A DNA stretch of 64,000 nt. Source: Heterodontus francisci (lineage: Eukaryota). The stretch spans positions 52,543,339-52,607,338 of the forward strand of contig NC_090373.1 in NCBI RefSeq assembly GCF_036365525.1. The letters run 5' to 3'. A program made the translations under genes and the position numbers. The notes beneath the pieces were generated by a model. It saw only the letters and a program-made list of their open reading frames with translations, was not told the DNA's origin and ran no database searches. Of the stretch, positions 37,171-50,914 are shown one piece after another; position 1 is the stretch's first letter; each line of letters begins with the position of its first letter.

Positions 37171-39373
37171 TTAGGTTAAAATATCATGGTCACATCTGCT
37201 TTACACCAATAAACTACGATAAAGCAGACATTGATGACATCTTATTCATTGCAGTATTATCCAAAAACTGCTCCTGTTCACAGTGCTGTGTATTTTCCAC
37301 ACTTGGGCCCTGCAGTTAATACAATGTGCAGAGAATGCTACTGTTGGTGAATATTAAAATTGAGCTTCCTCAAACTAACAGCTGCTTCTACTGGGGATGT
37401 TGTGAGCTAATGGAGAATAACAAAGCAGTTAATGGCGTGTGACTTATGGATGCTGGTATCCCATTTAGTAAAAGCAATAGGTAAGGCTCCAGTGACTTAT
37501 TTTGTATTTTGCTATCAAATCAAACTTCTACCAGTACACAATTAAATAAATAGTAAAATCTAAGCACCCAGAAATAGAAATAAAATGAACCGAAATGGTT
37601 TGCCCGTCTCCCAACTTTTCACTATCTTTTTCCATATCCTCTTAGCCATGCAAGCCTACTCTCTCCCTTTCTCTCAAAGATGGGATGTTTCAGCCTGATG
37701 ATCAAAAATTCAGATTCTTACTGAACACACAGCTGACATGATTCATCATTGTGGATCCGCTCTCCCCCATCATCACAACCTCTCCCCACCCCACACATCT
37801 CTCACTGCCACTCCTACAATTCCCGTAGACCAGGTGCTGATGTCTCTGATGGCTGATTTTCCTCCTCTTTCTGACCCGCACACTGTCTTGAGGCATGACT
37901 AGCCCCAGCCTGCTGACCATGTCCTGATGACTCAAATAGACCAATTTTGCTTGGTCTTCTTGTGCATCAGATTTGCTACATTGGACTATTACCACCGCTG
38001 GGTTCACATCCAATTGTAAATGTAAATTTTAACACAGAATAAATACAAAACCCTATGGTTTGTTACACCACATTAGGGGTAAACCTCTGCTTTCAACTAA
38101 ATAACTTACCATTGTTAAATCGAATAATCACTTCCCTTAAGAACATATAAACATTGAAGGAGTACATTCTCAGTACATCATTCCGATTCCTCCAGTCTAT
38201 TGTATCTCAGGCTCAATCTAATCCACCTAATCCCCAGAGAAATGGTTCCATAAAAATGTTCTCCTTGTCCCTGATGGTAATCATGTAAAACCCAAGAATA
38301 ACCATCTACCCATAGATTCTTATGCACCCTTCATCATTTGCTTTCTTTCATCTGCTATTTGCATGATCCAAGAGGTTCAAGAACTATGATGTTCCATCTT
38401 CTCTACACCTACTTCCCTTACAACCCTCAATACTACTCCAAACCAGATTTTCAGTCATTTAAAAAAAATCAACAAGATGTGAGCTGCTTCCACTCCGTGT
38501 CTATTCTGCATATTCATTACATTGTGAGAAAAACTTCTCTCTGAGCTCAAGACTAATATATACTCATCTCCTCTATTTCTACACTCAAAGACCTGGTTAG
38601 TCCCTAGTTTTAATGGTGCTCAGAAAGCTGCACCATGAATGAGTTACTTCATTCAGATACTCAAAGCAAGTTAGACATCCAAATGCCAATCCAAGTTCTA
38701 CATGAGATTATGGTGACTTGGTCAAACTATGACTGATTCAAACTTGACAATTCAATCTCCAGTTTACCTTAAACACTGGACTTTGGAGACAGTTTCCAAA
38801 CAATTGGAGAGAAAAGAATAATGGGAGAATGGAGAAATCAAAGTAAACCAGCTTCACCATAGTGCTCCAGAGATTGAGTCTACAATTCTACAAGCTACAG
38901 CTAGAACTGATGAAATCTTAGAAAGCAATTGGTACATCAGTCATTAAATCATGCAATCTGTACACAACGACAAACAGTGAGGAAGTCTAAGATTTTGCTC
39001 ACAACTTATTCAGCAGGTAGCACAGTAAATACTTCTGCTAAACTCAGCTTCAGATGTTTCCAAGTTACCAGGCTACGTATTTGTGTTTATTTTATATATA
39101 AAGTGATCTTAATAGTTTTATTTGATCTCGCTGACAGTTTGCATGAGTTGGGAAATTGCTTCCAGGCATTCAATGAGTAAGAGGGGCATAAGAGTATTCC
39201 AAGGTATCAGGCCCTCTAAATTTCAGTCCATTCTTGTAGTGAAGTGTTTAGTCTCCACTCAGCACCTGCCCACTTCCACGCATTTATGATCACTAAATAC
39301 ATTAATAAATGGGGTTGTGAGGCAGCAGTGGCACAAACTCAAATCCTATCACCATCCTGACTTAGAACTAAAT

Positions 39374-40938
39374 GGCTGGGTCAAAATCCTGGAAGTCCCT
39401 CCTCAGTAGCACTGTGGGTGTACTTACACCACATGGACTGTAGCGGTTCAAGGCAGTGGCTCACCACCACCTTCTCAAGGGCAATAAATGCTGGCCTTGC
39501 CAGCAATGCTCACATCCCAAGAGCAAGTAAATAAAACAAAAAAAGTAGCACAGCTACACTAGTATCTACCCGACAATGTGGAAAAATGTCCCGTTGATAA
39601 AAAGCAGGACAAATCCAATAGGGCCAATTACTGTCACACCAGTCTACTCCCAATCATCAGCAAAGGTGTCACTGACAGTGTTATCAAGGGGCACTTACAC
39701 AGCAAGAACCTGCTCCAATGCTTAGTTTGGGTTCCGCAAGGGCCACTCAGCTCCAGACCTCATTACAGGCTCAATGTAAACATGGATTAAAGAGTTGAAT
39801 CCAGAGTTGAGGTTAAAGCGACTGCTCTTGAAATCAAGACAATATTTGACTGATTGTAGCATCAAGGAGCCCCAGAAAATTTGAACTCGATGAGAATCAG
39901 GAGGAAAACTCTTCACTGGCTGGAGTCATACCTAGCACAAAGGAAGACGGTTGTGGTTGTTGGAGGCCAATCATCTCAGCACCAGGACATCACTGCAGGA
40001 GTTCCGCAGGGTCGTGTCCTCAGCTACTTCCTTCCCTCCATCATAAGATCATAACAAAAGTGGGGATGTTTGCTGATGATTGCACAGTGTCCAAGATTAT
40101 TCACAACTCTTCAGATACTGAAGTTGCCTGTGCTCGCATGCAGCAAGACGTGAACAACATTCAGGCTTGGGCTGATCAGTGGCAAGTAACATTCGCGCAA
40201 CGCAAGGATCAGGCAGTGACCATCTCAAACAACAAAGAATCTAACCATTTCCCCTGACGTTTAATGGCATTATCATCACTGAATCCCCCACCATCAACAT
40301 CCTGGGGGTTACCCTTGACCAGAAACTTAACAGAACCAGCCATTTAAATACTGTAGCTACAAGAGCAGATCAGACACTGGGAATTCTGCAGTGAGTAACT
40401 CATCTCCTGACTCCTCAAAGCCTGTCCATCATCTACAAGGCACATGTCAGGAGTGTTGGAATACTTTCCATTTGCCAGGATGAGTGCAATTCCAACAGCA
40501 CTCAAGAAGATCGATACCATCCAGGACAAAGTAGCCCACTTGATCAGCACCCCATCCACCACCTTAAACATTCACCCCCTCCACCACTGACACACAATGG
40601 CAGCAGTGCATACCATCTGCAAGATGCACTGCAGCAACTCACCAAGCTTCCTTCAACAGCACCTTCCAAACCAATACCTAGAATGACAAGGGCAGCAAAT
40701 GCATGGGAACACCACCCCCTGCAAGTTCCCCTCCAAGCCACATGCCATCCAGACTTGAAAATATATTGCCGTTCCTTCACTGTCGCTGAATCAAAATCCT
40801 GGAACTCCCTTCCTAACTGCACTGTTGGTGTACCTACACCACATGGACTGCAGCGGTTCGAGAAGGCAGCTCACCACCACCTTCTCAAGGGCAATTAGGG
40901 ATGGGCAATAAATGCTGGCCTGGCCAGTGATGCTCACA
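39374..40938 (+). mobile_element. LINE family B (CR1/L2/Jockey group): a short 3' end (39374-39540) followed by an RT-to-3'-end copy (39550-40938)
   Basis: GVPQG; MFADDCT...IQAWADQWQVTF; INILGVTLDQKL; tail ccaccaccttctcaagggcaattagggatgggcaataaatgctggcc. Confidence 0.88.
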
Positions 40939-42689
40939 TTCCATGAAATAATAAAAAAAGTTATAATGTGCTTTATCACTGTGCATCCCCTCCAGCCCCA
41001 AATATAGAAGCCTATTTATAATATAATTGAATTCAATGGAAATGGATAATGGTGGATGATTTGACATTGCATGTGCTACACTATCATCCAAAGTTAAAAT
41101 AGACCCATTTGAATTTATAATCACATTAAATATAAAGTATCAGATTGTTAAAAGAAAAGATATACTACCCACTGGTAATTCAACAGAGTCTTTTCATTAT
41201 ACTATGCTGGTCTACAGTTACACCTCACAACTATTCAACTGATATGACCAATGTGAAATTTTTCCATGAATTTTAAAGGGACAGCTTGTATTTCTTTTAA
41301 TAAATTCTAGACCTAAACAGATGTAAGGAAACAGCAAATAGAATTTTTTTCAGTTGGGGGTACTGCATTTGTATGGTATAATTAAATATCAGACTGGAAT
41401 TTTGAATAAATCAGTGTTCGTAGATGCAAAACTATTTTAGATTTTAGTTTACATATTTCTACAGCTCACTTGAATAAATTGGAAACTCAATTCATTACTA
41501 AGCTTTTATATTTGAATACATGAGGTGGAAGCCACTAAAAATTTATGATCCAATCTTTTAAATGTGGATTCAACTCGCATAAAAGTTCAATCCAATTGTT
41601 GGATTAATCGAAGACACTACTTTACCATATGAATGATATCTGTTTCAACAGTTGCTTTACTTGGTCCTTGCATTTTCCAAATAACAGCAACCAATTATTA
41701 TGATTTATATTTTACAAAACATTTCCTAATTTCTACATGTGTTATATGTGCATTCCAATTCTTTATTGTCCCATCAAAATTCATTTTAATTTTATATTTT
41801 ATTCGGAGATTTTTAAAGGAGTCCAACAATCTCAGGGCATTGCCCACTGATGATGTCAATAGAAAAGGTAGGTATATCCCATTTAACATTTTTTATAAAT
41901 AATCCATGAGCACTTTGAAATCATAATATTAAGGAAACTATATCATATGGCTGCAGGTAGCCACTGCATCAAAGTTAGTCAACAGGTATGGATAAATGTG
42001 GTACTGAATTTGCAATACAATGTAGCCAGTGTTTGATGGTTTTGACTTTATTTACTAATATCTGAATATGACAAATTGGCGCAACTTCAGAATTAGATAT
42101 GCTGCTCCTTTTAAAAAATGGCAAAGAAACAGAGACAGACAGGCAGATATTTCCTCATTTCATGAGTCATGCTATTATTGCTGCTCCGACTCTTGTTCAC
42201 CTATGTGCAGCGTGATGAAATGTCCCTCTACATGCTGACATCACAAATTTCCAATCCAGTAGCAAAGGATATGTTCAATGTCCAGTGGTGCATTTGTGTA
42301 ATAAGAGGAAGTTGGGGGCAGGCTGATCCTTTCTGCATTGTTGAGTCAAAGTGTGCATGATTTCTGGGTGTTTTTTTTATATGCTTACAATTAGTCCCTG
42401 TTGTTGGCTTCACGCTTTGTGAAAGTCTAAACTTGGATCCTTCTAAAATTGAACTTTCAAACCAATAAACCCAAATGCTTTCTCCTAGCAGATAGGCAGA
42501 CTTTCCAGCATTGTCATTAACAAAGAACATTGGCTTATTCAGTAGGGTTGCAATAATTTCAGAGCTTAGGGCCTTGGCAGCTCAAAACTGTGGAGCGATT
42601 AAAATCAGAGATGTGCAAGAGACATCAAACATGGGCTAGGGTTGCCTCTGACTATCTGGTTTCAAATTCGTATCAGAATAAAGAGATAT

Positions 42690-43350
42690 ACATCTCCGCT
42701 CAGTCTGCAAGCAGGACCCTGAGCTTCCGGTTGCTTGCCATTTCAACACTCCCCCCTGCTCTCATGCTCACATCTCTGTCCTGAGATTGCTGCAGTGTTC
42801 CAGTGAACATCAACGCAAGCTCGAGGAACAGCATCTCATCTACCGATTAGGCACACTACAGCCTGCCGGACTGAATACTGAGTTCAATAATTTCAGAGCA
42901 TGACAGCCCTCCATTTTACTTTCATTTTTAGTTATTTTTTCTTCCTTTTTTTTTTACATTCTTTTTTACAATCTTTTTTTTGCATTTATTTCATTTCATC
43001 CTAGTTTGTTCAGTTTGCTTACCCACTGTTTTTTTCAGGTTTGCACTTGCTGCTGTTCAATATTCAGTGTATTAACACCTAATCTGTACTAATGCTTTGT
43101 CTTTCAACACACCATTAACATATTGTTGGCCTTTGCTCCGTGACCTTTTGGTCAGCTATGTGGCCTGGTCCAATCTAGGCCTCCTTTGTTATCTCTTGCC
43201 CCACCCCCACCTCACTTGCTTATAACCTGTGACTTTTCTAATATTTGTCAGTTCCGATGAAGGGTCACTGACCCGAAACGTTAACTCTGCTTCTCTTTTC
43301 ACAGATACTGCCAGACCTGCTGAGTGGTTCCAGCATTTCTTGTTTTTATT
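42690..43350 (+). mobile_element. Penelope-like element 3' part (GIY-YIG C-terminus + pseudo-LTR)
   Basis: HLRSVCKQDPELPVACHFN...RKLEEQHLIYRLGTLQPAGLNTEF ends at 42903; T-rich UTR; hammerhead motif at 43250. Confidence 0.88.
43250..43286 (+). ncRNA. Minimal type I hammerhead ribozyme motif (U4>C variant)
   Basis: AGTT-CCGATGA-A-GGGTC-ACT-GACCC-GAAAC-GTT-AACT. Confidence 0.65.
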
Positions 43351-43553
43351 TATTATACATCATGCTATGCTGGATACAGAATATGCAAAGATGCATGACA
43401 TTTATTTCCTACAATAAATTATACATTTGTGGAAAGTTGAGCAGGGTTATCTTGCATTTAGCCATTATTGATACTTCAAACATATGAAATGCATGAAAAT
43501 GTGGATGGTCTGGATCTTTGAAATGAAGAAGTCAGTGAACTCCTCACATTTAG

Positions 43554-46500
43554 GAGGAGAATTAAACCCTACTGCCCAGTGGAAACCAGGAGGAGAGGCA
43601 AGTAATATCGCCCAAGGAATTCACCCAATGTCTTGCTCTCTTCACGCAGGTTACAATTTTAACCTGACCTTCTGAGCAGGTAATAAGAATACCCACCAGA
43701 TGCTTCCAACTAGGGAGCTCGTAACATATTGAATTAGCAGCTGTACTGGTCCACCCACAGACAGGAAGAGAGTCAGATGTCAAACTGTTAGCTTCCTGTC
43801 CAGCTAGCAAAGAAACAGAAACACATGGTCTGAAGTCAGTTCTAGAGGGTCTTTTGTAGAGGACAGGCAAGCGGTGATTTTTCCTTAAAAATCAAGCCCA
43901 TCAGGCTTAAACCAATCCTTAGCCATTCTCCTGAATGCGGTGCCATAAATGCTTTAATGACTTAGCAATGCCAAGAATGATGAGAATTGTTACACATTCA
44001 CCTACATCCTGCTGTGCACATCACCCTGCTGCCATGTCACATCACTCCTCACACCCACCCTTCTCTTTTCATGTTCTTTTTCACATCCCCATCTGTCCAT
44101 CCATCACTCCCACTCATCCTTATACAATTTCATGCCTATCCCTAATGGTCACCATCTCCAACTGGACCCCATCCAGTAGGTGAACATCTACCATTAGAGT
44201 CATTCATGGGTTTGCTCTTTTCTTCATTGCAGAAGGGAGCACAGAACATGAGTGAGAGGGAAAGAACTGGAAGTGGGTCTCCACACATTTCCCAGCTGGC
44301 AATTACAAAGATGATGCTGGACATCAGTGGAGTTTCAGCACCCCTAGCCAACATAGATGGGGAGATGGAAGCTTCCAGCTACCTGGTGACACAATAAAAT
44401 ATCAGTGATCTACATCATAGAGACACTCAGTCGTGTTGATTTCACTTCAATAGCAAGTGAAATATGATCACCTTCATAATAAGAAGTTGCAACATTCCTA
44501 CCTTTGTAGTGCTATTTCATATCTTTCATTTCAAACAGGGCCTCCACGCATGCAGCGGGAGTTGCTTGAGGTCATAAACAGAGGAATACTTCCGAGGTTG
44601 CATCTTCACAGGAATCTTGCAGACCATGCACGAGCTCAGATATTTGCACTTCAGTGGGACGAGTAAGACAGATAGTTGGGTTTTCACCCGGTGATTTACA
44701 CTTCACAAGTGAGCAAGAACAGACGGTTGTGACAGGGACAGCTGTGGGCTGTCTGCATCAAAGGGCACTCCTCTCCAAGCTCTGCTCAGCTGGACACAGA
44801 TGCTGATGAAAAGGATAATCATTAAGCAGTAGCCCAGAATATGTGAAGCACTGACAAGCTTTCCAAGCACACTCGTTATGAATGCAGAGAGAATGGAAGA
44901 GTCCATCTCAAGAATGAGTGGACTGATGTTCCTGGGCAGCGCTATGATGTCTTCTTCTGTGGATAAAGTAGACAACTCCATGGAACATCAAACATTCCAA
45001 TCAAATGAGTCCATACATGCCTTGACCACAGCTGTGCAGACCCTGGATAACATGTTTGCCACCTTAACTAGGATGAGACATATCCTTGGCTTTTATGGCA
45101 CACTCACCTGCACCAAGGTGTTCTCCAGCACAGTGCTGGCAGTGAAGTGCAGATCAATGTGCCATGAGAGGGATGATGGCGAAAGGGGACATGGATGTGG
45201 GATTCCACTCAAAGCACTTCCACTTCTTACTATTGACCCTCCCTCCACCCTCAGTCAGTAGTTGACATGCTGTCTCGACTTCCGATGGCCAAGTCAGCCC
45301 CTGCGTAGGTGCAGCTGGAGCAGTCTTTGATGATGACTTCAGAAACTCCAAAACCCAGAGAACATCGGCCAAGTGCATATCAGCAGTCAGAGCAGAGATG
45401 TGAGAAGCCTGCCTCTACTTCTGCTTAAGCCACAGAGGTTGCACCACGTCAGTGCAGAAGGAAAAGTCAAAGCTTTGGGGTTGCACAAGGGTATACATGG
45501 GTGTGTGATAAAATGTAATGGTGTTAAGTTTCTGTTGTTTAGTTAAAGCACATAATTTTATGCTCTTGCATCACTTCCCATCTTGCCCATTCTTGGTTGC
45601 TGGCTGGCAAGTCGCCTTTTAATTCGTTTGATAATGAAAGGAAAGACATAAATTGGCAGGTCCAATGGGAGGGGAATGTGCAGTGGTTGAGTACAAAACT
45701 GCTTTGTCTCAGGTGGCACTGAAGGGGAAGAGGGGGCAGGAAGTGCTTCTGATAAAAGGTCGACTGGTGCAACCTAAATGATCCTTGCATTAATAAGGGC
45801 ATCCCGGGCAGCAATTTGAGCAGCTGATAGTGCATTACCTTCATCACCTTCCTTCGCCTCCTCGGAATCATGCAGAGAGGATCTGGGCTCTATGCCTTAT
45901 TCCTCCTACAGATACAAATATCAGTACTGTGCAATGTTGTAGAGTGCAGCACACCACAACTTTTCTGGAGACCCTGGCTGGTGTGTACTGAAGAGTGCTT
46001 CCAGATCTGTCCAGGCATGTAAAGTGCACCTTCTGCATGCCGATGGCTTATTCACATCTAGTACTCCTGATCTCATTGGTCAGATTTCTGAGAAGTATCA
46101 TCAGGCTATGTTTTATGTGGGTTTCCCTTCTCTCCTAGCAGCCAGCCACTAACATACTTCCAGGTGCAAAGATGTCACAGGGAGGCTGGACTGCCACAGG
46201 ATCATGGCAGCTCAAGAGTCTTATGCACATCTGTAGAAATAACTTTTTTGATGGTGTGGAAGCCCTTGCAGTGGACAACATTCCTGGGTGATCTATGGGT
46301 GGCTTAGTTTCCATGTGTGTGCAGTCGATGACACCCTGCACCTGTGGGAAGCCAGACAGAGCTGCAATCCCACTTATTCTGACTGGCGTCACCACAGGCA
46401 AAGTTAACATAATTGCCATCCCTGGAAAACAAGCCATCAGCCACCTGCCTTATGCATTTCAGTGGCCAACTGGGAAATCCTGGATATGTCAGTAACCCTG

Positions 46501-47788
46501 GAAAGATCCCAAGGCAAAAGAGTTGACTTTGATACCCACTGGTAGCATGTGGCCACCAGGTCCAGCAGGCAGGTCTTCTGCAGATATCTGCCACCACCTG
46601 ACATGACAATTTGAACCTCCTTAGTCACTGGTATTCAAACATGTCAAGGAAACTGAGCCTCTGCCTATTGACCCTGTTTCATGAGCTGCAACCCTCTGCT
46701 GCCCCCCTCTCTGTTGTCCAGCTACAGGTCTCTGAACAGCATGGTACCGCTGATATTATTGCTGGAGTTGGTCATATTGGTCCTCATTTGAGGTCTAATC
46801 TCGCCTAGCCAAAATGCCACCCATCCGGGATGTGATTAAGCAAAAGTATTGTGAAAAAACACTTTCCCACTGGTAGGTAAGAAGGCAGTTGTGAGTACTG
46901 AGTATATATTGCAGCATTTACATGAGTTTGGTTTGACCTCCTCAATGGCCACTGTGTACTCGCTTTGTCTTCAAAAGGCGAGTTTCAGGAAGCCTGGGAA
47001 ACAGAAGGACCCAATGTTAATCTGAAGAATCTGAATAAATATTACTCTAATTCAGCAATTAACATATATGTTAATAAACAACACATCTCTCATAAGAACA
47101 TAAGAAATAGGAGCAGGAGTAGGCCATTCAGCCCCTCAAGCTTGCCCCGCCATTCAATAAGATCATGGCTGATCTGCCCCAAACCTCAACTCCTCTTTCG
47201 TGCCAGCTCCTCATAGCCCTCAACTCCCCAATATTTCAAAAATCCATCTACCTCCTCTCTAAATACTTTCAGTGATCTAGCCTCCACAACTCTCTGGGGT
47301 AGAGAATTCCAGGCATTCACTACCCTCTGAGAGCAGAAATTCCTTCGCATCTCAGTTTTAAATGAGTGTCCCCTTATTCTGTAACTGTGTCCCCTAGTTC
47401 GAGATTCCCCCACTAGTAGAAACATTTTCTCAACATCTACCCTGTCAAGTCCTATGTGGCTTAGAGTCATAGTCATACAGCACAGAAACAGGCCCTTCAG
47501 CCCATCGTGTCTGTGCCGGCCAGCAGGCACCTACCCATTCTAATCCTATTTTCCAGCACTTGGCCTTCTTGTTGTCACTGTAACATTTTAAACTGAGACA
47601 TCAGGCTGTTTTAAAGTGTAAATGGGTTTGGTATGTTAAAGTTTTTAATTTGCAAATCTTCCATGGTTTCAGGTGCCTCTTGTATCTCTTGCCATGCAAG
47701 TTATTTGGCACCGTCAAAAAGTGTCCATTTTTTTGCAGGTATCCCAATGGTTGCAGTTTCATGGGAAGCATGCTGGCAATTTACCCCA
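43554..47788. mobile_element. Decayed two-gene PIF/Harbinger transposon: Myb/SANT gene (+, ~43880-45470) convergent with DDE transposase (-, ~45750-46830)
   Basis: RCHKCFNDL and KGAQNMSERERTGSG in the Myb-like gene; GFPQVQGVIDCTH, CIRQVADGLF and SCHD in the transposase; imperfect TIRs gaggagaatt / aatttacccc. Confidence 0.78.
47091..47565 (-). mobile_element. Two adjacent CR1 3' ends inserted in the Harbinger element
   Basis: TRGHSYRIRG...RRNFCSQRVVNAWNSLP with ttcttatg tail at 47091; second tail gggcctgtttctgtgctgtatgact at ~47463-47500. Confidence 0.88.
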
Positions 47789-48084
47789 AGTGTAAGCCAC
47801 AACATTAAGTGTTGACAGGCTTTTCATCTGTTGACAACATTATATTCAAGGGCAATTGACACATGCACACCAAGTAGGACAGACCTGTAGTGAATCCTAT
47901 CCAACCTTCCCTTCAGAAGCACTAGAAGAAAGTTCTCAAGACCTGAAACTATTGACATGCAATGATATCAGAGGAAATGGTCCAAATGTGTGAAAACCAA
48001 GAGAAGGGAAAAGAGAAATCCTTTCAAAAAAAGTGAAATAAACAATATGATAGCAAAAATAAACCACTGCTACCTTAGCAAGTT

Positions 48085-50910
48085 AGAATGTTTAAGGTGG
48101 TGCATGGGATGCCAATGAAGCAGGCTGCTTTGTCCTGGATGATGTCGACCTTAAAGTGCAGTTGGAGCGGCACCCATCCAGGCAAGTGGAGAGTATTCCA
48201 TCAAGCTTCTGACTTGTGCCTTGTAGATGGTGGACAGGCTTTGTGGCGTCAGGCGACGAGTTGCTCAGCATACAATTTCTAACCACTGACCTGCTCTTGT
48301 AGCCAAGGTATTTATATGGCTGGTCCAGTTCAGTTTCTGGTCAATGGTAACACCCAAGATGTTGATAGTGGGGGATTTACCGATGGTAATGCCATTGAAT
48401 ATCAAGGGTTGGATTCGCTCTTGTTGGAGATTGTCATCGCCTGGTGCTTGTGTGGCATGAATGTAACTTGACACTTATCAGCCCAAGCCTGAATGTTGTC
48501 CAGGTCTAGCTACATCTGGACATGGACTGCTTCAGTATCTGAGTTGTGAACAGTGCTGAACATTGTGCAATCATCAGCGAACATCCAGATTTCAGGCCTT
48601 ATGATGAAGGGAAGGTCATTGATGAAGAAACTGGAAATGGTTGGGCCTAGGACACTACCCTGAGGAACTCCTGCAATGATGTACTGGGACTGAGATGATG
48701 ACCTCCAACAACCACAACCATCTTCCTTTGTGCTAGGTACAACTCCAATCAGTGAAGAGTTTTCCCCGATTCCCATTGACTCCAGTTTAGCTAGGGCTCC
48801 TTTATGCCACACTTGGTCAAAATCTGCTTGATTCCAAGGGCAGTCACTCTCATCTCACCTCTGAAGTTCAGCTCTTTTGTCCATGTTTGGACCTAGGCTG
48901 TAATGAGGTCAGGAGCTGAGTGGCCTTGGTGGAACCCAAACTGAGCATCACTAAGCAGGTTATTGCTAAGCAAGTGCCGCTTGATAGTACTGTCAATGAC
49001 ACTTTCCATCACTTTACTTATGATTGAGTAGACTGATGGGGCAGTAATTGGCCAGGTTGAATTTGTCCTGCTTTTTCTGCACAGGACATATCTGGGCAAT
49101 TTTGCACATTGTCGAGTAGATGCCAGTGTTGTGGCTGTACTGGAACAGTTTGGCTAGGGGCTCGGCAAGTTCTGGAGCACAAGTCTTCAGTATTATGGCC
49201 AGAATGTTGTCAGGGCCTGTTGCATTGGTGGTATCCAGTGCCTTCAGCAGTTTCTTGATATCATGGGGAGTGAATCGAATTGGCTGAAGACTGGCATCTG
49301 TGATGCTGGGGGCTTCAGGAGGAGACAGAGATGGATCATCCACTAGACACTTCTGGCTGAAGATGGTGGAATATATTTCAGCCTTGTCTTTTGCACTTGT
49401 GTGCTGGGCTCCCCCATCCTTGAGGATGGGGATATTTGTGAAGCCACCTCCCTCCAGGTTAATTGTTTAATTGTCCACCACCATTCACAACTGAATGTGA
49501 CAGGACTGCAGAGCTTAGATCTGATCTGTTGGTTGTGGGATTGCTTAGTTCGATCGCATGCTGCTTCTGCTGTTTACGCTGTTTAGCATGCAAGTAGTCC
49601 TGTGTTGTAGCTTCACCAAGTTGACACCTCATTTTTAGGTATGCCTGGTGCTGCTCCTGGCATGCCCTCCTGCACTCTTCATTGAACCAGCGTTTCTCCC
49701 CCAGATTGATGGTAATGGTAGAGTGGAGGATATGCCGAGCCATGAGGTTACAGATTGTGGCTGAGTACAATTCTGCTGCTGGTGATGGCCCACAGCACCT
49801 CATGGATGCCCAGTTTTGAGCTGCTAGATCTGTTTCAAATCCATCCCATTTAGCATGGTGGTAGTGCCACACAACACGATGGAGGATATCCTCAATGTGA
49901 AGACGTAACATTGTCTCCACAAGGACTATGTAGTGGTCACTCATACCAACACTGTCATGGACAGATGCATCTGTGACACATAGATTGGCAAGGACAAGGT
50001 CAAGTAGGTTTTTTCTTCTTGTTGGCTTCCTCTCCACCTGCTGCAGACCCAGTCTAATAGCTATGTCCTTTAGGGCTCAGTTAGTAGTGGTGCTACCAAG
50101 CCAGTCTTTGGTGATGGACATTGAAGTCCCCCACCCAGAGTACATTTTGTGCCCTTTCTATCCTCAGTGCTTCTTCCAAATGTTGTTCAACATGGAGGAG
50201 TACTGATTCATCAGCTGAGGGAGGGGGAGGAGCAGTAGGTGGTAATCAGCAGGAGATTTCCGTGCCCATGTTTGACCTGATGCCATGAGACTTCATGAGG
50301 TCATGAGTCAATGTTGAGGACTCCCAAGGCAACTCCTTCCCACCATCTCTGGTGAGGTGATGGTGATAGCAGTGTCTGGGATATTGGCTGTAAGGTATGT
50401 TTCCATGAGTATGACATATGCTTGACTGGTCTGTGGGATAGCTCTCCTACTTTTGGCACAAGTCTCCAGATGTTAGTAAGGAGTACTTTGCAGTGTCAAC
50501 AGAGCTGGGTGTGCGACTGTTGTTTCCAGTGCCCAAGTCGATGCTGGGTGGTCCGTCCAGTTTCATTCCTTTTAGACTTTTCTCTAACGGTTTGATACAA
50601 CTGAGTGGCTTGCTAGGCCATTTCAGAGGGCATTTAAGAGTGAACCACATTTCTGTGGGTCTGGAGTCACATGAAGGCCAGACCAGGTAAGGACGACAGA
50701 TTTCCTTCCCTAAATGACATTGGTGAATCAAGTGAGTTTTTACGACAATCAACAACTGTTTCATGGTCACCATTACAGAGACTAGCTTCTTTTTAATTCC
50801 AGATTTGTTAATTGAATTTAAATTCCAGCAGCTGCCAAGATGGGATCTGAACCTGTGTCCCTCGAGCATTAGCCTGGGCCTCTCGATTGCTAGTCCAGTG
50901 ATATTACACT
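48085..50910 (-). mobile_element. LINE family B, apparently complete at the 5' end: tRNA head, Meta-like domain, then EN-RT ORF; no ORF1
   Basis: EN start LLTNIWRLVPKVGEL (~50440-50485); PTRRKNLLDLVL...GMSDH; ATGPDNI...ELAEPLAKLF; QFGF; GVPQGSVLGP...FADDCT; 5' tRNA-like sequence at 50830-50910. Confidence 0.85.
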
Positions 50911-50914
50911 ACTT

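Noticed and set aside
37924-37960. Additional hammerhead (CTGATGA)
   Set aside because: No stem II or GAAA follows.
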